Assembly (NCBI RefSeq): GCF_006345805.1
Contig: NC_043003.1
Location: 43,896,001-43,960,000, forward strand
DNA: 64,000 nucleotides
Source: Octopus sinensis
Taxonomy: Eukaryota
Direction: 5' to 3'
The position numbers were made by a program, and so were the translations under genes. Below are positions 57,281 through 64,000 of the stretch, piece by piece; position 1 is the first letter of the stretch; each line of letters opens with the position of its first letter. The notes beneath the pieces were generated by a model that saw nothing but the letters and a program-made list of their open reading frames with translations, made no database searches and had not been told where the DNA came from.

Positions 57281-57349
<69 letters not shown>

Positions 57350-57351
57350 TA

Positions 57352-57411
<60 letters not shown>

Positions 57412-57721
57412 TACTCAACGAATACGGTATCTTTACTCATATAAACATTCAAGGGATACACCTAAAAAATCCTGGAATTCACTGCTTAGTAGCATAACTT
57501 TTATCACTGTAACTTCTACATCAATAAACAGGATTACGTCGTCCCTAGCAGCCATTCAGTATTAGCAAGATGTACTTTAACGCTACTTGAGAATATAATA
57601 ACTACTAGCTTGCACTTGTATCATAAATACAAACTTACCGAACAATAATCCGATTATATTCAAACTCAAATTTATTCCAATACATTACTGAATCTGCAAA
57701 TACCCAAATTCATGAAACGTA

Positions 57722-58112
57722 GCAGCCGTGACTGTGTTGTAAGAAGCTTGATTTCCGAGCACATAGTTCCGGGTTTAGTGTCACTGCGTAACTTCTTCGG
57801 CATGTGTATCCTATTGTAGCCTCGGACCATCAAAATCCTTGTGAGTGGATTTCGTATGTGAAAAGTGAAAGAAGCTCATTATATATATATGCATGTGTGC
57901 TTATGTCTTTACATCTGTATTTGTCCACCACCGGTGCTCGGCAATCGGTGTTGGTGTGTTTACGTCCAGGTATTTTAGCGGTTATGGAAAGAGACCAATA
58001 GAATGAGTACTAGTCTTTAAAATGTTGTATGGTTGGGTTTTTTCGGCTACAACACTCCAAGGCGCTGCCCCAGTATGGCTGAAGTCAAATGACTGAAATA
58101 AGTAAAAGATAC
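57722..58112 (+). mobile_element. Degraded SINE family B
   Basis: gtgactgtgttgtaagaagc...ttgtgagtggattt...gagaccaatagaatgagtactag...gtcaaatgactgaaataagtaaaag. Confidence 0.75.
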
Positions 58113-58145
58113 AAGGAAAAATAAAAGAACGCAATTCACATTAAA

Positions 58146-58532
58146 TGGAAAGGAAGGACTCCGTCGGTTACGACGACGAGGGTTCCGGTTGATCCGATCA
58201 ACGAAACAGCCTGCTCGTGAACTTAACGTGTAAGTGGCTGAGCACTCCACAGACACGTGTACCCTTAACGTAGTTCCCGGGAATATTCAGCGTGACACAG
58301 AGAGTGACAAGGCCGGCCCTTTGAAATACAGGTACAACAGAAACAGGAAGTAAGAGTGAGAGAAAGTTGTGGTGAAAGAGTACAGCAGGGATCACCACCA
58401 TCCCTGCCGGAGCCTCGTGGAGCTTTAGGTGTTTTCGCTCAATAAACATTCACAACGCCCGGTCTGGGAATCGAAACCGCGATCCTACGACCGCAAGTAC
58501 GCTGCCCTAACCACTGGGCCATTGCGCCTCCA
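58146..58532 (-). mobile_element. Full-length young SINE family C with 14-bp target-site duplication
   Basis: A box TGGCCCAGTGG, B box GGTTTCGATTCCC; TSD caattcacattaaa at 58132-58145 and 58533-58546. Confidence 0.92.
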
Positions 58533-60452
58533 CAATTCACATTAAAACAGCACCCATGAGGTAAAAAAAAGATAATAAAAACAAATGATATAAATATGAT
58601 TAATCAACATAGATTCATCGCAACTATAATGTTATACCTGGCATATACCACGAACATATTGTGAAACGAAGTTTTATGGTCAATTTGTAATAACTTTGAA
58701 CACTAAATTTGTAAATACACTCACTTTCAGCTGTCCTACTCGGAGGATCTATGTAGACATACATATTCTAAATTAGTTATGACTATTGATTAAATCTAGT
58801 CTTAGAGTGAAAAATCACAACCCAAACATTTTTAACGACTTAGAAGTCAAAATCAAATTTATAAATGCATAATTTAATCATCCCGACAAATGTCAAATTT
58901 ATAATCCCCGTACTACATCCAGAAAAATAACGGATACAAAAGAGCCCCGAGTCTACCTGAATGTAGCGGAAGGCACGATATTCGTTCTACAAAAAACCGT
59001 TGAGAGAAGATAGTTATTGATAACTCTAGGCTATTTTTCCGCTTAACACATATGCTGTCTATCTAAGAAGAGCGATTCGATCATAAACACACACTGTAGA
59101 ACATTCAAACATTCTATAGTTTCACGTATTATTAAACGCTTCATTATACTTAAAATTGTAATTTAACGTTAAGCTGTCAACCAAAATTATCCTAATTCAT
59201 TTAAAAGTTATCACCATGTAAATTTCGAATACGCTTAAAATTCATTAAAAAGATAATCTTTTAGTGCTCAAACTGTTTTCTGTAATCGTTTGTTTAAACA
59301 ACTTTCTAGCATTAAAATCTTGTATGTTCAGTTTAAAATTGCTTGGAAGTTAATCCAAGGCAAATGTCGAAAACAAAAGAAATACCGAACTACACTTTAT
59401 TTCAGTATTTCGAGCTTCATAAAACATTTGTGGAAGATAAATCGGAAATGTAATGGAACAATAACTTTGGCTCAGATATGTCCGAGTTTGCAGTGACATA
59501 TGAATATTTGTATTGTTACCTTAATTCATCTATATTATGATGCTCTCGTTCGCTGAAAATCGCTTCAATTTATTTCTCGGAGAAGCGTACTTGAATATCA
59601 GTTCCCTGATGTTACACTATTCGGAATTTATGGTAACTAAAAATTCATGATTGTGGCGTTTGTCTATCTTTTTTCAATATCTATTTGTCGGCAGTTGTAA
59701 CTTTATGCGAACATGTTGTGTTTGTGTGTAGATGGTACTTCCAATGTAGGAAACGTTACATTTCTTGCATACGGATTATACAATACATGAATCCTCACGT
59801 ATAGATCGATAATGTTGATAGTGTAAATAGCAACGGAGCACTATTCGATGGTATTTTCTGATGGTTGATTTCAAGACTAGAAATTCCTCAACAAAAGACT
59901 ACAGATCTATATATTCGATCTCATATGGATCACTTGGCTGATGGAAGCAGTGGTTCTGTTATGGAACTTTTGACATGGATAGAAGCTTATGTAATCCCTG
60001 GAAGTATGATACTGGCACTAATGTGCATGAATAGATTATGCATAACGTAGAACTACGTCCTTTGCGAGCCGATTTTCTGTGAAATATGCCACTTCGCACC
60101 TCCTTTGCTTCAGGTTTGCATAACATTTGCTTTCACACAATCTTCTCTATGAAAATCGTAGAAAGCACCTCGCCAACTGCACTATACTGATGGATACTTT
60201 TCTCACACTGGCTGTGTCTATTTCTCACGCAATGTATCACGGCTTTTTCTCTTTCTATTAAAACACTGTGCAATTACCTGATTTCTTAAACAATATCCCG
60301 CACACAAAACTTCTATCGCTGACCTTCACTTTCTTTACATACACACACACTCACACGCACGCACACAACCACACACCTATCTGTTATCTTCTCACACACA
60401 CATACATATATATATATATGTGTGTATGTGTGTGTCTGTGTATGTGTGTGTG

Positions 60453-60740
60453 TGGAGGCGCAATGACCCAGTGGTTAGGGCAGTGGAATCGCGGTCGTAG
60501 GATCGTGGTTTCGATTCCCAGACCAGGCGTTGTGAGTGTTTATTGAGCGAAAACACCTAAAGATCCACGAGGCTCCGGCTGTACTATTTCACCACAAATT
60601 TCTCTCACTCTTTCTTCTGTTGGCCTGCTCGCTTAGCCAGCGGGGTGGCGTCATTGAAGGCTAAAACAATGCGAAGCGCATTGTGACCAGCGATGCGTAA
60701 CAACATCTCGTGGCCTGGTCGGTCACGTGATCACGTGATA
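60453..60740 (+). mobile_element. SINE with family C head but a different 3' tail
   Basis: First ~150 bp match the reverse complement of 58532 downward (with a deletion), then an unrelated tail ggcctgctcgcttagccagc...ggtcacgtgatcacgtga. Confidence 0.8.
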
Positions 60741-62033
60741 TGTATGTATATATGTATATGGAGGCGTATGTGTACGCATATAGAGCATGTGACAATCATT
60801 TTACTTCCAATAATATGTGTTTGATTATTTTCCAAGTGATTCTTTAGCATTTCCAATTGAGTTTCCATAAAACTGTGCGATTACAAGACTTACTTCCCCT
60901 AAGGTACCATAATTGATATATTTCCCAACTATCCTACACCATAGCCGCATCTTCAGCAATTGGTTGTGAGTACAAACATAATATGTAACCGTGCTAAGGA
61001 ACCCACCATGTCTGTTGTTTTGTATTTTGTCCGTCAAATGACTGAAAAAAGTAAAAGAATAAAATAATATATAAGCACGCTTGCACTCACACGCAGACAC
61101 ACATATACCCATGCATACGCATACACATACACACATATATGGCGGAAATTTTCAGATGAATCCTCAAATGTCGATTTTGGTCAGATGTCATCCCCAGACA
61201 TTGACCACTATTCATACATGTACGTTGGTGTCTATACTTCTCGGACATCACGTGCAATATGTATTTCATTAACTAATCCATGTCCTCTAACAACATGAAA
61301 TGTTATCTCCACACTCATCATGATCCTTACACATTCACATGTATACTCTGCCTCCATGTCCATTTTTAAACATTAGAAGAAATTAAAATATATTTTCCTA
61401 TTCACAACTGGTCCAAATTATTTTCTAAAATTAAACATCTCTTCCTACTGATTGAATTTTACATTAATAAATATTAATGAAATGTGACTTGTAAATTCAT
61501 TTGTAATCCACATTATTCAGTTTAGATTTCTTTAAAAGACATACAGTTTATTTTATTTTATTTATTTTTTATTCTGTATCATATCATAATTCCCATGATA
61601 TGCATTTAGTATTGACGATCATTTCCGTTTTCGGGCAGAAAATTTATGAAGGAGAACATTGTAATGAAATTAGCGGGAAACAAAATCCACAAAAAATGTG
61701 TAAAATGAGGATGGCTCATAAACCACGTCACAGAAGTTGAATTGGTTTTTACATTTATTTCACTATAATTAAGTGGTTCCTAGAGAGATTCCCTCTATAA
61801 GAGTTTGTTGAATTACATGGAAGGGTTTTCGAAAATTTTGTGAGCTTTAATGATAGGGACATTAAGTGTTCCTGCAAAAGTTTAGAGCATTATGTAATGA
61901 ATTACGCATGAGTTTAATTACTGTCGTATTACATACAAACGTGCATATATATATATATATGCAAATACACACAAATATACACACACGTATGCAGGTACAT
62001 GTATCCATCCATCTATCTATCTATCTATCTATA

Positions 62034-62100
<67 letters not shown>

Positions 62101-62699
62101 GTATCTATCTATCTATCTATCTTCTTATATTTGATTACTCGATAAAGAGGCGAGGTCAACATATTTTATTTTAGCGTAACAAAAGTAACGATGGATGGAA
62201 GTCATTATTTTTTCCTAGTTCACAAAAAGAAACACTAAGTCAAACATAGTCACATGTTTTCAATTTTGAATGGTAAGGCAACTTTATAAAACCTTGTAAT
62301 TGCCTATTACCGATTTTATCATATCTCAAAGCGATTCAGAATTGGCGCCGAAAAACAAAAACAGTATATTTTTCGACAGCCTACTACTTCTATAATACCA
62401 AGTCCACATTTTCGTGAATACTAACTATTCATTAAGTTCATATGCACGAAGCCACACCAGTGTGTAGGAGAAATAATGGAGTACTTGTACTTTTTTATCA
62501 AGCAGATACAACGATTTACCAAGCAAATACTACCTCAGCAAAACTTCGGATCAAAATACAAATTGATGTAACTACACAATGCATAGTATTATATACTCTT
62601 ATCTCTTAACCCTTAGCAGTTAGATCCGTCAGTACACTCAGTACAATAAGAAACAAGCCTTCTCCAAACATCTCGATGGAATGCTTTCCTTTTAACCTA

Positions 62700-62990
62700 C
62701 CTTAACCTACCGAAACCCATCGCTCTCAAGTCATCCCGAAACGGCCTGCACCATCTCATCCTTTGCCTTCCACTCGATTTCGTTGCTCCTTTGGGCGTCC
62801 ACTCTCTCACGACAGCACCATGCATTTCCTGCAATAACTGAACAACTTAGTCAATGCAACGAACCCACCGCCTAGTCGTCACATTTTACAAAGTACCACT
62901 GCTATCTCTTCTCATTCCTTTTTGTTTTCTTTCTTTTCCGGTACGATTTGCCAGAATTGAACGTACACAACGTCAATGGAACGCATGCAA
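62700..62990 (-). pseudogene. RTE-clade LINE C-terminal fossil
   Basis: RCVRSILA and WTPKGATKSSGRQRMRWCRPFRDDLRAMG resemble the RTE RT C-terminal GRPxxRWxD..DL motif. Confidence 0.5.
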
Positions 62991-64000
62991 CAAGTGGGAA
63001 ATCTTCTGTGATGTTTTAAGGTTTCATAGGCGTGGTTGGTTGTTAGTCTATAAATAGATGACTATAACTACATGTTTATCTTCTGATTGTAGGATTATTA
63101 TTTGATTAATCAGGTAAAACAGGATAGGACGTTGAAGTTTGGCGTGACTTAAAGTCATATCGTTAAGAAAATAATGCAACTAAGTACCCTCTAATTGATT
63201 ACTTGATCCTTACATTCATAATTGGCTGGCAAATTATTTTCTTGAAGATGCAGGTAGATTTTGCAATTAAAATATTAAAACAGTATTAAAACAGTTTATA
63301 ATCTTTGTTTCGGCACAATGGTCCGAGTCACTTTCTGACGTAATTTGTTTCGGTTATTTATCTCCAGAATTCACACCTCGCAGCAGGCATCTTTGACTTT
63401 CATCTTATCAGAGTGAATAACAATGTATTAGCAAGGTACCGAGTAGCCATTTACCATTAACTTTCTGGTCTTGTGCCTTTATCATTATGAATAATATTAA
63501 TTATTGCAATGTAGCAAATGGAATTATTCAGATATTGTTATTCGATAATTACGTATGACATAATCTTATATAGTATAAAATCGCATTAATCCGTACTGTA
63601 CCATGATATACACAAGAAAATTTATATTTCAGACTATTTACACGGTGATATTTCATATCTTTTATTAAAATAAATATTTTTACGGAACAAAGAAAAATCT
63701 GCCTCTAAAAACCATTGACCGCATATTATATGTGCGCAGTAAATTATTTTTCCTGGCGTTATGTAGTCTAAAATTACAATCTAAATAGCTTTTTAATGGC
63801 TTTTCTTGTGCGTTGGTATTCGTACACGTGTTTAAAACGGCTGTGTAAACTATTTAAACATGAATTTATAAAGCCCTGAGCGTAAAGAAACAACATTTCG
63901 TTGCTTTGAACAAACGAACGCAAACGTGCTTGAAAAGAAAAGTTAGCAAAAGAAATACATTTGATTTTTAAAGAAAATAACTATGGAATCCGATATATAT

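Noticed and set aside
59865-60050. Complex-looking ORF (HLADGSSGSVMELLTWIEAY) and alternative frame WKQWFCYGTFDMDRSLCNPW
   Set aside because: No recognisable motif or convincing splice boundaries.

Overview
AT-rich, microsatellite-dense metazoan intronic/intergenic DNA. The SINE and repeat content resembles octopus (coleoid cephalopod) genomes; this is an inference, not a database result. There is no long intact host CDS, rRNA, tRNA gene or CRISPR array. Most ORFs in the track are translations of (TA)n/(CA)n/(TAA)n/(TATC)n tracts. What I can support: (1) about 20 tRNA-derived SINE copies from at least 4 families; (2) fossils of a CR1/L2 RT, an RTE LINE, R4/Dong-type RLE retroposons sitting in (TAA)n, an inverted and deleted HERO-like RLE element, a Charlie/Buster hAT transposase and two mariner remnants; (3) a few splice-site-bracketed candidate exons of unidentified genes. 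The most striking pattern is about ten minimal type I hammerhead-ribozyme (HHR)-like motifs. One has an intact catalytic core (9679-9754, minus strand) inside a 546-bp partial tandem unit. The rest are degenerate or half motifs, and many sit at the fold-back centre of long palindromes (1.8, 13.9, 17.1, 38.8, 40.5 kb, possibly 16.0 kb). This suggests several Penelope-like/retrozyme families whose insertions fold back at the ribozyme. There is also a ~640-bp inverted duplication enclosing 4.2 kb (39.7/44.5 kb). All alignments and folds were done by eye.
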